64,000 bases of DNA from an uncultured Pseudobdellovibrionaceae bacterium (lineage in GTDB: Bacteria; Patescibacteriota; Minisyncoccia; Moranbacterales; GCA-2747515). The position numbers and the translations under genes are program-made. The notes under the pieces were generated by a model. It saw nothing but the letters and a program-made list of their open reading frames with translations, was not told where the DNA came from and ran no database searches. Where the stretch lies: NCBI GenBank assembly GCA_964463705.1, contig CAYXCH010000021.1, forward strand, positions 1,162-65,161, given 5' to 3'. This document shows, piece by piece, positions 50,676 to 61,395 of the stretch; position 1 is the stretch's first letter; each line of letters starts with the position of its first letter.

Positions 50676-52178
50676 TTATGAACGTGGCTTCATCAGCGGA
50701 AAGATTTGTGTTTCACGAATCGGACGATTCATAAAGAAACTGAACAATCGCTCCGATACACCAAATCCAAATGTCGGCGGCATGCCATATTCCAGCGCCT
50801 CCACATAATCCATATCCGCCATCTGTGCCTCATCATCCCCGGCATCACGCAACGCCTGCTGGCGCAAAAATCGCTCTCGTTGATCCTGCGGATCGTTAAG
50901 TTCACTAAATCCCTTACCCATCTCACTTCCAGCCAAGATTACTTGAAAGCGTTCTACCGTCTCCGGTGCATCGGCGACGCGCTTTGCCAATGGCTCCAAA
51001 TACACCGGCACACCAATGAGAAATGCCGGACCGGAAACCTCTTTACGAATCGCCTTCCATAGCGCGTCCACACCACGGGAAACATTAAATCCCTCCTCCG
51101 TATATGCAATATCGTGTTCCCGCAACACTTGACGAACAGCCTCTTCGTCTGTAGCAAGCGGATTAATTCCGAACCGTTCGGAAATTACCGTGCAAAAATC
51201 TATCGTCTCCCACTCCGCGGAAAGATCCACAGTATGACCATGGATTGTGAATTGCTCTGTTCCAAACACTTCCCGCGCCACTGTCCGATACATTTCCCGA
51301 ATCATCGCCATACCTTCACGATAATCCGTATATGCCATATAAAACTCCAACTGTGTATAGTCCTGTGCATGTTCGCGAGAAATACCTTCATTGCGAAATA
51401 CCCGCCCAATCTCAAATGTCCGTTCCAATCCCGCCACCATCAAGCGTTTCTGCCATAACTCTCCGGCACTGATTCGCAAATATACATCCATATCCAATGC
51501 ATTGTGGTGAGTGATAAACGGCCGCGCTTCCGCACCACCGGCGGTGTTTTCCAATATGGGAGTCTCCACCTCCACAAATGCCCGTGTCAGCAAATACTGC
51601 CGCAACGTTTGCCAAAACGCTGATCGTTGACGAACCATTGTTGCCACATCATCATGCAGCAAAATATCCAAATATCGACGGCGCAGCCGCTCTTCTTCAT
51701 CTTCAAGCCCAAAATGCTCCGTCGGCACACCGCGCAACGCCTTACACAACAATGTCCACTCCACCGCTTTTACAGACTGAACACCGGTTTTGGTTGTAAA
51801 CAGTGTCCCGCGAAATTGAACAAAATCACTTCGGTCAATAAGCTTTGTAAACAATTTGTACGCCTCTGCGCCAATATCCTTCTTTGAGATTGCCACCTGA
51901 ATTGTTCCGCTTTCATCACGGACATCGGCAAATGTTAAATTCCCATGTTGTCGCAAAGACATCAAGCGACCCGCCACCGTCACGTCGGTCTCTTTTGTGC
52001 TCAACGCCTCAAATTCCGCCAACACGTCCGCCACCCGATGTGTCCGCTGTGATTGAGAGGGATATGGATCAATATCCGCCGCACGCAATCGCTCCACTTT
52101 CTCACACCGATCACGATATTCTTTATGTTGCACCGCTCCATTCACTGTCTCGGCGACTCCATCTGTTGCTGTGTTCAT
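50676..52178 (-). CDS. lysS: Lysyl-tRNA synthetase (class II)
   Basis: GGAEARPF, FEIGRVFRNEG, FSELNDP, LEYGMPPT. Confidence 0.97.
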   Translation of the reverse strand: MNTATDGVAETVNGAVQHKEYRDRCEKVERLRAADIDPYPSQSQRTHRVADVLAEFEALSTKETDVTVAGRLMSLRQHGNLTFADVRDESGTIQVAISKKDIGAEAYKLFTKLIDRSDFVQFRGTLFTTKTGVQSVKAVEWTLLCKALRGVPTEHFGLEDEEERLRRRYLDILLHDDVATMVRQRSAFWQTLRQYLLTRAFVEVETPILENTAGGAEARPFITHHNALDMDVYLRISAGELWQKRLMVAGLERTFEIGRVFRNEGISREHAQDYTQLEFYMAYTDYREGMAMIREMYRTVAREVFGTEQFTIHGHTVDLSAEWETIDFCTVISERFGINPLATDEEAVRQVLREHDIAYTEEGFNVSRGVDALWKAIRKEVSGPAFLIGVPVYLEPLAKRVADAPETVERFQVILAGSEMGKGFSELNDPQDQRERFLRQQALRDAGDDEAQMADMDYVEALEYGMPPTFGFGVSERLFSFFMNRPIRETQIFPLMKPRS

Positions 52179-52179
52179 A

Positions 52180-54069
52180 CTACTGTTCATCAGTAACAAA
52201 TACACCTTTAATCCGGCGTACACCGGCACCGGAAGATTGTTCTTTAACAATCTTAAACGTTCCGAATGATGCAATCTCCCGTGTATTGTTTACGTGCGGT
52301 CCGCCACAAAGCTCCCGCGAATACACCGTACCATCATCTCCGCGAATTGTGTACACCGTTACCCGAGGCGGGTACTTTTCCCAGAAGCTTCCTTCCACAC
52401 CGGCGGTGCGCGCATCCTCCTTATCCATTTCCTCCACCGTTACCGGTACACCATGAGAAACTACCGTTCGCACATATTCTTCTACTTTGTCCAGCACATC
52501 TCGCGGCACCTTTGCATCATGAGTAAAATCAAAACGCATCCGCTGCTGTGTAATATTGGATCCCGCCTGATGCACGTGGTCTCCCACGTATTTACGTAAT
52601 GCCGCAAGAACCAAGTGTGTTACCGTATGGTAGGCCGTTGTTACCGCGCTGTGATCTGCCAATCCACCGGAAAATTTTTGAGCGGCGGCAGATTGAGAGC
52701 GCTTTTGGTGATCGGCAAATGCGACGTCAAATCCCTTTGTGTCTACCGTCATCGATTGTTGCTCCGCCAACTCCCGCGTCAATTCCAACGGAAAGCCATA
52801 CGTTGTAAACAACACAAACGCATCCTCTCCGCTAATTTGCCCGGAGCTGCGTCGTGCAATTTTATCAAACTCTCGCAATCCCGTCCGCAACGCCCGGCGA
52901 AATTTCGCCTCCTCCGCCGCTATTGTCTCCATAATGTATTCTTTTTTCTCTGCCACATCGGAACATGACGGCGCGTACGCATCTACAATCGTAGCACTCA
53001 ATGCAGACAATGTATCCGGCGCGACACCCAACCGATCGGCATACAGTGTTGCACGACGCAATAGACGTCGTAAAACATAGCCCTGCTCCTTATTGGACGG
53101 AACAATGCCATCGGTAATCATAAATACACTCCCGCGCAAATGATCCGCAATCACCCGAAACTCCGTTAACGCATCTTCGTATGGTGTTCCACTTGCCGTC
53201 TGCAACGCGTTTATCAATGGCGTAAATACATCCAACCGAAACACATCCGAATCATTACGAGCCGCTGCCGCAATACGCTCCAATCCGCCACCAAAGTCTA
53301 CATTTTTCTGCGGCAATGGCGCAAATGTTCCCTTCTCCGTCTTTACATAGGCCATGAATACGCTATTACCGATTTCCATGAACCGTCCGCAATCACAGTT
53401 CGGATGACAATGCTTGCCGAATGCGGGATCATGCGGTGTACCAAAATCATAAAAGATCTCACTGTCCGGACCACCAATCTCTCCCGCGGGCATATCTTGA
53501 GGAGCGCCGGCACGGCTCCACCAATTCTTAGATGCATCGTAGTAAAAAATTCGCCCATCACCCATACCGATCCGCGCGCCATTTTCCACCGTTCCAATAT
53601 CTACAATCGTTGTCGATATACCACGCTCGGCAAATAGTGTCTGCCAAATTTCCGCACTGCGAGTATCTCGTTTCACTCCGGACTCCGAATCACCGGCAAA
53701 ACACGTTACGTAAATACGTTCAGGATCCAATCCCACTTCATCTACCAAGAATTCCCAAATCCACGGTAACTGCTCTTCCTTGAAATAATCTCCCAATGAC
53801 CAATTTCCCAACATTTCAAAAAACGTTGTGTGTCGGTTATCACCCACTTCTTCTATATCCTCCGCACGAAAACAGCGTTGACTGTTTGCCAAGCGAGTCC
53901 CCGATGGATGCGATTGCCCCATAAGATATGGAATTAGCGGCTGCATTCCGCTGCCGGTAAACAGTGTAGTAGGATCATTTTCCGGCACCAATGAAGCGGA
54001 AGGAAGGATTGCGTGACCGCGAGCGGCGGTAAATGCCAAAAATTTCTCCCGAATATCCCGTATGGTCAT
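52180..54069 (-). CDS. alaS: Alanyl-tRNA synthetase (629 aa, lacks C-Ala domain)
   Basis: HTTFFEMLGNWS, DFGGGLER, editing HTVTH and ELCGGPH, GVRRI at the extreme C-terminus. Confidence 0.96.
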   Translation of the reverse strand: MTIRDIREKFLAFTAARGHAILPSASLVPENDPTTLFTGSGMQPLIPYLMGQSHPSGTRLANSQRCFRAEDIEEVGDNRHTTFFEMLGNWSLGDYFKEEQLPWIWEFLVDEVGLDPERIYVTCFAGDSESGVKRDTRSAEIWQTLFAERGISTTIVDIGTVENGARIGMGDGRIFYYDASKNWWSRAGAPQDMPAGEIGGPDSEIFYDFGTPHDPAFGKHCHPNCDCGRFMEIGNSVFMAYVKTEKGTFAPLPQKNVDFGGGLERIAAAARNDSDVFRLDVFTPLINALQTASGTPYEDALTEFRVIADHLRGSVFMITDGIVPSNKEQGYVLRRLLRRATLYADRLGVAPDTLSALSATIVDAYAPSCSDVAEKKEYIMETIAAEEAKFRRALRTGLREFDKIARRSSGQISGEDAFVLFTTYGFPLELTRELAEQQSMTVDTKGFDVAFADHQKRSQSAAAQKFSGGLADHSAVTTAYHTVTHLVLAALRKYVGDHVHQAGSNITQQRMRFDFTHDAKVPRDVLDKVEEYVRTVVSHGVPVTVEEMDKEDARTAGVEGSFWEKYPPRVTVYTIRGDDGTVYSRELCGGPHVNNTREIASFGTFKIVKEQSSGAGVRRIKGVFVTDEQ

Positions 54070-54081
54070 AGGCCTATATTA

Positions 54082-54315
54082 TTACCACGTAATACGCGCC
54101 TTTTTTAATGCATCCGTGACGGTACGCTCAGAGTCATAGTACCCCGCCGCACGCAGCTTCCGTGAGACAAGAGTATATACATCATGAGGAGATGCATCCG
54201 AGCGAAGGCGATATAACGCACTCCGTAAACTACTGCGAGCCGTACCACCAACGTTCGGATATGTTTTTTCAATGAAAGCGATGATTGCATCAGCTGTTGA
54301 AGAAGTAAATGCCAT
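54082..54315 (-). CDS. Hypothetical protein
   Basis: 77-aa ORF packed in operon orientation. Confidence 0.55.
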   Translation of the reverse strand: MAFTSSTADAIIAFIEKTYPNVGGTARSSLRSALYRLRSDASPHDVYTLVSRKLRAAGYYDSERTVTDALKKARITW

Positions 54316-54319
54316 AGTA

Positions 54320-54580
54320 TTATGATAAACGATTTAGTCGATGTTTTAGTGTCTTTTGTTGTTGCAAGAGTATACGCAACTCATTTTCCACACGTCGTAT
54401 CTGACGATCCAGATCCGCCAACTCCACCGCAATACGCTTCTGCTGCTGTGTCAATCGTCGGCGTTGTGTTTCCAATGCTGAATTCCGTGTCCGCAGTTTG
54501 CGCACATCTGCATCTAAAACCATTAGCTCCCGTCGTAACTCCAACTGCTTCCGGCGGCGTTGTGGTGGAGAAAGTGTCAT
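54320..54580 (-). CDS. Hypothetical basic coiled-coil protein
   Basis: 86 aa with heptad pattern; -10 box 6 nt upstream of ATG. Confidence 0.55.
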   Translation of the reverse strand: MTLSPPQRRRKQLELRRELMVLDADVRKLRTRNSALETQRRRLTQQQKRIAVELADLDRQIRRVENELRILLQQQKTLKHRLNRLS

Positions 54581-54595
54581 ATGTTCAGTATATCA

Positions 54596-55570
54596 CTACC
54601 CACGATGCAAGGCAAAGAGAATATAGGCGATATACATTCCCACAAACACTATACCTTGATAACGCTGTAGCGTATGCCGCTTCCCCACAAACATTAACGC
54701 AAACAGTACAATGGTGGTAGCGGCAAAAACTCCCGTATCCATTGCGTTATCACGGGTAAACGGTAAGGGAGCAACCAATGCCGTCAGGCCCAACGCAAAG
54801 AACGTATTAAATATTATAGTACCCACAATACCCCCCACCACCAAATCTACGGCACCCTGACGCACCGCTGACAGTGAAGTCATAATTTCCGGTAGCGATG
54901 TACCGACCGCTACAATCGTCAGACCGATAAGGTTCTGTGACCATCCCAATAACGTAGCGATACGCACCGCCGCATCCACGGCAATTTTTCCTCCGATAAC
55001 CAGCGCCAATAACCCGCCAACAAGAAGGACCGTACTCCATAGCCATGAGTATGTCCGCACCGCCTCTGATGATTCCCGATCAGATGTTCGGGATAAGGTG
55101 AATGTGTATACGATAAAAATTGTGAAAAAGCTCAGCAATACAAGTCCATCTCCACGCGTGATACTGTTGGCAACACAGTGACGATCAATAACACAATCTC
55201 CTCCCAACACCAGCAACATCATCGCCGCCAATACAATAAACGGAATCTCCTTCCAAACCGTTCGCGCATGAATTGTCAACGGACGAACTAATGCCGCCAA
55301 TCCCAATCCCAACAGTGTATCGACAATGTTACTTCCCACAATGTTACCGATACTCAGCTCTACCGCTCCGCGAGCGGCGGCCAATACATTCACCGCAACT
55401 TCCGGCGCCGATGTTCCGATTGCAACAATTGTTAAACCGATAACAAACGGAGTGACACCCAACTTTGCCGCTACACTGCTTGCACCGCGAACAAAATACT
55501 CCGCGCCGTACATAACAATAACCAACCCCGCTACGAACAGCGCAAACGCAACTACGATACTACTCATCAT
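54596..55570 (-). CDS. Ca2+/Na+ antiporter (YrbG family)
   Basis: Two alpha repeats GTSAPE and GTSLPE, GNIVGSN. Confidence 0.93.
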   Translation of the reverse strand: MMSSIVVAFALFVAGLVIVMYGAEYFVRGASSVAAKLGVTPFVIGLTIVAIGTSAPEVAVNVLAAARGAVELSIGNIVGSNIVDTLLGLGLAALVRPLTIHARTVWKEIPFIVLAAMMLLVLGGDCVIDRHCVANSITRGDGLVLLSFFTIFIVYTFTLSRTSDRESSEAVRTYSWLWSTVLLVGGLLALVIGGKIAVDAAVRIATLLGWSQNLIGLTIVAVGTSLPEIMTSLSAVRQGAVDLVVGGIVGTIIFNTFFALGLTALVAPLPFTRDNAMDTGVFAATTIVLFALMFVGKRHTLQRYQGIVFVGMYIAYILFALHRG

Positions 55571-57452
55571 GATTTTTATCACTGTGTGTTACGGAATCCC
55601 GAGGAGATCGCGGAGATGATGAGGAAAATCGCTTTGGTGCTACATGGGTCATTTGTGCCAATGATAACGGCTTCTCTCGCACCGTACGAACGACACGCTC
55701 TACGGAGCGAACAACCGTCTGCTTTGTTGCGCCATCCGTTCGTTGTTGTTGCATGGCATGATGCTGTGCGCGCATCATTGCGCTGCGATAGTCCGCCAAA
55801 CAATCCTTGCAAAACACTCCGCGACGCCCATCCGGTATGAATGGAACCGTAATATCAATCCCGCATGTATCACATGTGGTATCATGCATCACTCGCTCCG
55901 AGGAACGATCATCGCGAGATACCGTACCGGCAGATCTATCCTTGGACGAATTTTTGGACAAATCCTTAGATGAAGCAGATGATGACGTTTCATCTGCATG
56001 TTCCGATGCATCTGATGATAATGACACATCTTTGACAATATCCGATGATGCGGACGATACGGGAGTATCCGGCAAAGATTTTAACGCGTCCGAAGATTTC
56101 TCCGTTAAATCATCTGCCGTGTCCACATCCGATGCCTCCGTCTTTGTCTCCGCCACCGCCGTATTGCGGACCGAGCCGCCATATCCGCTCCACACATTGA
56201 TTCGCTCCTCTACCGTCTCCCGTGGCACCGCATATCGCGCACGGGAATTGGCAATGATGTTCTCCTCTTGAGAGGTGTGTCCGGGTTCCACCGGTGGCAG
56301 CGTCGTCGCACTGAACGCATCTGCCGTCACACCGTCAATCATGAGTTTAAGATAAATATGATATTTCGGCAAGTTCACGAAATCATTAAGTGTAAAGACG
56401 GGGGCAAATTCTTTTTCCAGAAATTCCGCATCGGCGGCACCAATACGAAAACTGATAGTCGTTCCCACATTTCCAAAAATCGCATCCCGAACCGCATCAT
56501 CCAACTGCGCAATATATTGATGTGCAAGCGTAAGATTGAGACGATATTTCCGCGCCTCCGACAGAATTGTAGCAAAAGACTCCGTGGAAAAGTTCTGAAA
56601 CTCATCAACATAAAGATAAAAATCGTTGCGCTTCTCCTCCGGCATATCCACGCGACTCATCGCCGCCATCTGAATTTTTGTTACCATCATCGCCCCCAAT
56701 AACGCGCTGTTATCTTCACCAATTCGCCCTTTGGCGAGGTTAACGATAAGAATTTTCTTCTTATCCATTACATCACGCAAAGAAAATGCACTCTGTGGCT
56801 GCCCGACAATATTGCGGATTAACGCACTGGTGAGAAACTGCCCTACCTTATTTTGAATCGGAGCAATAACTTCCTGCAATACCGGACCTTGCCATTTCGG
56901 AAACTCTTCTGTCCAAAACGCACGAACAACCGGATCACTGACCGCACCGACAATACGCTTCCGGTATCTCTTATCTACAAGAATGCGCATTACTCCCAAT
57001 AGCGTCGTATTGGGTGTCTCCAACAATGCCATGATAGCGTTCCGCAAAATATATTCTAATCGCGGTCCCCACGAATCCGCCCAGAGTTTTTTAAACACAC
57101 CGACGATTCCGCTGGCAACCAGATGTCGATACTCCGGATCCACATGTTCCAATACATTAAACGCCACCGGATAGGACATATCCGCCGGATTAAAGTAAAT
57201 CACATCGTCTTGACGGTGCGGTGGAATAAGAGAAAGCATTTTTTCCGCCGTATCACCGTGCGGATCAATATAGGCCACTCCATGCCCGGCGGCAATATCG
57301 TGAGCAACAAAATGCTCCAACAACGTCGTCTTCCCCATGCCGGTCTTTCCGATTATATACACATGACGTCGACGATCGTCACGCTTAATTCCAAATACTT
57401 GCTCCTGACCGCGAAATGCTGTCTTGGCAAACGGTGTAATTTCCGTACTCAT
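55560..57452 (-). CDS. VirD4/TraD-HerA-like ATPase with C-terminal CxxC-x17-CxxC domain
   Basis: GKTGMGKT, IDPHGD, WGPRLE, YVDEFQNF, SEARKY; CDTC...CKDC. Confidence 0.88.
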   Translation of the reverse strand: MSTEITPFAKTAFRGQEQVFGIKRDDRRRHVYIIGKTGMGKTTLLEHFVAHDIAAGHGVAYIDPHGDTAEKMLSLIPPHRQDDVIYFNPADMSYPVAFNVLEHVDPEYRHLVASGIVGVFKKLWADSWGPRLEYILRNAIMALLETPNTTLLGVMRILVDKRYRKRIVGAVSDPVVRAFWTEEFPKWQGPVLQEVIAPIQNKVGQFLTSALIRNIVGQPQSAFSLRDVMDKKKILIVNLAKGRIGEDNSALLGAMMVTKIQMAAMSRVDMPEEKRNDFYLYVDEFQNFSTESFATILSEARKYRLNLTLAHQYIAQLDDAVRDAIFGNVGTTISFRIGAADAEFLEKEFAPVFTLNDFVNLPKYHIYLKLMIDGVTADAFSATTLPPVEPGHTSQEENIIANSRARYAVPRETVEERINVWSGYGGSVRNTAVAETKTEASDVDTADDLTEKSSDALKSLPDTPVSSASSDIVKDVSLSSDASEHADETSSSASSKDLSKNSSKDRSAGTVSRDDRSSERVMHDTTCDTCGIDITVPFIPDGRRGVFCKDCLADYRSAMMRAQHHAMQQQRTDGATKQTVVRSVERVVRTVREKPLSLAQMTHVAPKRFSSSSPRSPRDSVTHSDKNHDE

Positions 57453-57464
57453 GGATGTATATTG

Positions 57465-58748
57465 TTATTTTGTTGGAATAATTGCATTAATCTCCGATGG
57501 AATTGGAAGATTTGTCGGAGCGGTGGCAGTAGCACTCCGTGCACGAGCAATTGCCGGTGCCATTACATTCATATCCGGCATATGATAAATTGTCGCCAGT
57601 TCCCGATCACTCATTACAAACTTTACTCCGCTCATTTTTCGTTTTCGATAAACGTACATAAGCTTTCGCTGTTTAAAACGAAGTCGTGTATGGCGAAATA
57701 GATACAGTGCATATGTGATAGACGGCACGTGCGGCTTGAACGCATTAAGGTTAAAATCCGCAAATTGCTTCATTGCACCAAAATAACCGAATACCATTGC
57801 CTTGTTAAATATATCACGCCGAGCGGCATACATCATGCGCATTTTGACAATAAACATATATCGCCCGATATTTTCTTCAATTGCTTCCAATACCTTTTTC
57901 TCGCCCGGCGATAATCGGAACTCCAACGGCTGCTCTTCCGCCGGTGAAGGTCCTCCTCCACCACCACTGCCCAAAAATCCTGTGAGCGCCAGTGCTATTT
58001 TCCCAAGCATACCAATGCTGGGTGGCGACGATTTTCCTTTCAATTCATTTACGTATTTTTCTCCCTCCGTATCATGCCAACTTTCCGGTAACGGCTCAAT
58101 CATCATCTGCCAGCACAAGTACTCTCCACGCTTTGCACGTCCCATAACCTCAATCATTCCCGAAAGCGGGTCAATCATCTTTCCGGTAACATCTTCCTCA
58201 AAGTGCGGCCATGTCTTAATCGGTACCGGATCAGGTTTCAGCAACTCCATATCCGCACCCCATACATTCCAGTCTTTGTTCGGAATCAACGCGGGAATAT
58301 CATCCACATAGTCCTCCGTGTCCCGAACATATGCTTGCGGATATTGCGCATACAAATGAGACTCAAATACATCACGAACTTCCGTCGGCAACATTAAATA
58401 AAATCGTACACCGCCATTTGTTCCAACCGTCTCAAAAATAAACACCGGCTGCATGGCACCATTACAAACTTCTTCATATGTCGGAATAGTAATGCGAGTT
58501 CCCTGTAATCCCGCAAAAAGAGATTCCATCAATTGTGGTGACTGCTCCACGTTCTTTGGCGGGATAATTTCCACCATGTCATATTCTTGTGAAGATGCAT
58601 ATACATCTTGCACATAATCAAACCACAGTAAACGAAATATTTTATACAATACCGGCGGCAATATCAAAAACCACGTATGACGAATAACTGTCACCACCGT
58701 ATCCAGTGACCCGAAAATCGTTGCATAAATGGATAAAATATCCGACAT
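57465..58748 (-). CDS. Conserved CPR-type membrane protein partnered with the ATPase
   Basis: N-terminal TM, LYAQYP, IDPLS, ELATIYHMP. Confidence 0.7.
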   Translation of the reverse strand: MSDILSIYATIFGSLDTVVTVIRHTWFLILPPVLYKIFRLLWFDYVQDVYASSQEYDMVEIIPPKNVEQSPQLMESLFAGLQGTRITIPTYEEVCNGAMQPVFIFETVGTNGGVRFYLMLPTEVRDVFESHLYAQYPQAYVRDTEDYVDDIPALIPNKDWNVWGADMELLKPDPVPIKTWPHFEEDVTGKMIDPLSGMIEVMGRAKRGEYLCWQMMIEPLPESWHDTEGEKYVNELKGKSSPPSIGMLGKIALALTGFLGSGGGGGPSPAEEQPLEFRLSPGEKKVLEAIEENIGRYMFIVKMRMMYAARRDIFNKAMVFGYFGAMKQFADFNLNAFKPHVPSITYALYLFRHTRLRFKQRKLMYVYRKRKMSGVKFVMSDRELATIYHMPDMNVMAPAIARARSATATAPTNLPIPSEINAIIPTK

Positions 58749-58806
58749 GAGCAAAAGAAAAAAGAGGACATATCCTCTTTCAGTATACCATACTCTATTT
58801 GGAGTA

Positions 58807-59853
58807 TTATGCCTCTTCCTCCGGCAGTGTATAAACACCGCGACGAACTTTTTTGAAATGTTGATTGAGGTTGACCAGTACCGTCATCTTGCGCACATCA
58901 CGCTTCTTCTCCACTGCCGCCACCACGTCTCGCACCGCCATGGGAGCGCCATGCTCTTTCAACACCTGCGTAATCACGTCTCGTACCGTCCCCGGCACAT
59001 ATCCCCAATCGCGCAAGGCGTACATTCCGCGTCCAACAAGAACAAACCGCTGATCTTTAATCAGCTCATTGTGAACAGTCTGTATATTTGTTCGCGTTGT
59101 TCCGCGAGACAGGCCATGCGCATCAATTGCAGCGGCAATATCACGAAAATGCATTGGTGCACCCTTCTCTTTCAACACAAGATAAATACGATCCCGCATA
59201 CTACGCGGACGTACATCACTCCACTGCGTCAATCCCCATCGACCGAACGGATTTTTTGCAATATCTGTTACCGGCGTTAAATAATGGTGCAAGGTTTCCG
59301 CGTCCACCTGCGTATCCGCCTCCGGATGTTTCGTATATTGCTTGTGCAAGATTTCATGTGCCAACGGCTCCTTTACATCGGAAAGAATCGCGGTAACAAT
59401 TTCTTTAACTCGCGTCCACTGCTCCTCATCAAACTCCACATGAACCACTGCCTTAACAACATCTTTGCGCTTTAATGGACGCAAATTTTCCGATGCATCC
59501 ACAAAAAACCGCGCCGCCCCACGCTCGGCACGATGATCTGAAGAGCTCACGGCATCCAACAACTCCTCCTCCGGTATAATCTTTCCGCGCGCACAAACCG
59601 CCTCTTCCAGCGGAGCGTAAATTTCTTTATTATCTCTCGTTGATTGCCGCACCGCACGCACACCATCCGCAATAATTTGCCGAATTCGTTCTCGTGTCAA
59701 CCCATACCGCTCACCAATTGCTCCCAGCGTCTGTGACGATTGCGGATCAATACCGTATCGCTGCGCCAAAATCTCCCGTGTACGTTGCGGCAAATCTCGT
59801 ACTGCCTGTGCAAAAAAATCTGTAAATCGCTGCGTTTTCGCCGTCATAGGCAA
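58807..59853 (-). CDS. Sigma70 region-4 HTH plus tandem winged-HTH (HARE-HTH/RNAP delta-like) protein
   Basis: TLGAIGERYGLTRERIRQI; PMHFRDIA, TVHNELI, FVLVGRGMYAL. Confidence 0.8.
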   Translation of the reverse strand: MPMTAKTQRFTDFFAQAVRDLPQRTREILAQRYGIDPQSSQTLGAIGERYGLTRERIRQIIADGVRAVRQSTRDNKEIYAPLEEAVCARGKIIPEEELLDAVSSSDHRAERGAARFFVDASENLRPLKRKDVVKAVVHVEFDEEQWTRVKEIVTAILSDVKEPLAHEILHKQYTKHPEADTQVDAETLHHYLTPVTDIAKNPFGRWGLTQWSDVRPRSMRDRIYLVLKEKGAPMHFRDIAAAIDAHGLSRGTTRTNIQTVHNELIKDQRFVLVGRGMYALRDWGYVPGTVRDVITQVLKEHGAPMAVRDVVAAVEKKRDVRKMTVLVNLNQHFKKVRRGVYTLPEEEA

Positions 59854-59919
59854 TATACATCAAAAACTATTCCAACAGACGTACAGTATCACAGATTTTT
59901 TAATATGTCAAAAAGATAA

Positions 59920-60924
59920 CTATAATCCATTGCGCTTCTTGTTGCGCACATGCTCTTGGAATGTCTCGGAAAATACGGTTTCCTGTGTCTCCGCATTATT
60001 AAGAAAGTAAAAATACTTCGTTTCTTTCGGGAATAATGTGGCGCGCAACGCACTTTGTCCGGGATTGCCAATCGGGCCGGGCGGAAGTCCCGGATACTTG
60101 TATGTATTGTACGGAGAGTCTACACGTGTCTCTTCCAATGTATGCTTAACTTTTGATTCTCCAAAAATATAATCCAGTGTCGCATCCGATCCCAGCGCAA
60201 TCCCATCTCGTAAACGATTATAAAAAATTCCCGCCACAATAGGGCGCTCCTCTTCCTTGTGCACTTCTCGCTCCACAATACTTGCCAATGTCACAATCTG
60301 ATGTACACTCATTCCCCGCGCACGAGCGGCATCATACCACGCCGGTATAAATACACGATCCATTTGCCGCACCATTGTATGGGCAATATCTTGTGCCGAC
60401 GCTTCCGGAACAAATTGATATGTTTCGGGGAACAAATACCCCTCTAATGACGCATCGTTGGGCAATGATCGCAACACGGGAATCGCCGCCCTCCACTCCG
60501 ATGGCGGTGTCTGTGCCACTTTTGTAAATTCATCTCCGTCAAATCCCAGTGTCGTCAATCGATCTGCAATCTGTGCAATGGTCCACCCTTCGGGAATTGT
60601 CACACGAATATCACGTGATACCGTCTCCCCCGCTTGCAATAACGCCACCACTTCCGGCACCGTCAAACGCGGAGGGATTTCATAGGTCCCCGCCTTTAAA
60701 TCCTTTGCCGCATCCACCGCCCGCACATATAATCGAAACATCCACGCTGACGGAATCCGATGATGTTCCGCCAACAATTCCGCAATCCGAACAACAGAGG
60801 CGCCGGATGGAATATCCACTCTTACCATATCTGACGAATCCGCACGCAGAGATTGCACGCCATACCATCCACCGTATCCTGCTATCGCAAGGAGCACGAT
60901 AATAATTCCAAGCGCTCGCCTCAT
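59920..60924 (-). CDS. mltG: Endolytic transglycosylase MltG
   Basis: TIPEG, LEGYLFPETY, LASIVERE, SPYNTY..GLPPGPI. Confidence 0.95.
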   Translation of the reverse strand: MRRALGIIIVLLAIAGYGGWYGVQSLRADSSDMVRVDIPSGASVVRIAELLAEHHRIPSAWMFRLYVRAVDAAKDLKAGTYEIPPRLTVPEVVALLQAGETVSRDIRVTIPEGWTIAQIADRLTTLGFDGDEFTKVAQTPPSEWRAAIPVLRSLPNDASLEGYLFPETYQFVPEASAQDIAHTMVRQMDRVFIPAWYDAARARGMSVHQIVTLASIVEREVHKEEERPIVAGIFYNRLRDGIALGSDATLDYIFGESKVKHTLEETRVDSPYNTYKYPGLPPGPIGNPGQSALRATLFPKETKYFYFLNNAETQETVFSETFQEHVRNKKRNGL

Positions 60925-61361
60925 ACGGACACAATGTGAATAATGATATCCCGCGTGCGCGGCCCGTCCAAGTCTACCGCCAAAATACTTTGCCGCTCTC
61001 CCAATAGTAACTCCCCATCCGCCAGAGGAATGGTCACGTCTCCACCCAGTAACATGGCCTTACAATGCGAGTGCCCGTTACTGCGTCCATCTGACGGTGT
61101 CCGAGTACTGCGTAATTCAAATACGTCATGAGCATACTGCGCATCTACCGGAACAAGGCGCTGTAATACATGTGTCATATCTTGCAACAACATCGGCTCA
61201 TGATGATTGATAACAACACCCATTGTCGTGTGTTGCGAAAAAACCACCACCATGCCGCCCTTCGCTCCGCTCTCACGAACAGTATCACGAACCGCATCGG
61301 TAATATCCGTAAAATCCAATTGTTTTTTGCTTGTAAACTCTATTTTTTGTGTGATGACCAT
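60921..61361 (-). CDS. yjbQ: YjbQ/UPF0047 family protein
   Basis: DITDAV, HTT, NGHSH, LGERQ, DLDGPR. Confidence 0.88.
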   Translation of the reverse strand: MVITQKIEFTSKKQLDFTDITDAVRDTVRESGAKGGMVVVFSQHTTMGVVINHHEPMLLQDMTHVLQRLVPVDAQYAHDVFELRSTRTPSDGRSNGHSHCKAMLLGGDVTIPLADGELLLGERQSILAVDLDGPRTRDIIIHIVSV

Positions 61362-61395
61362 AAGAGGTAAATGTTACTATCGGAATAAGTGATAC

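Noticed and set aside
55560-57452. Integrative conjugative element
   Set aside because: No relaxase, integrase, mating-pair genes or composition shift; flanked by housekeeping genes.
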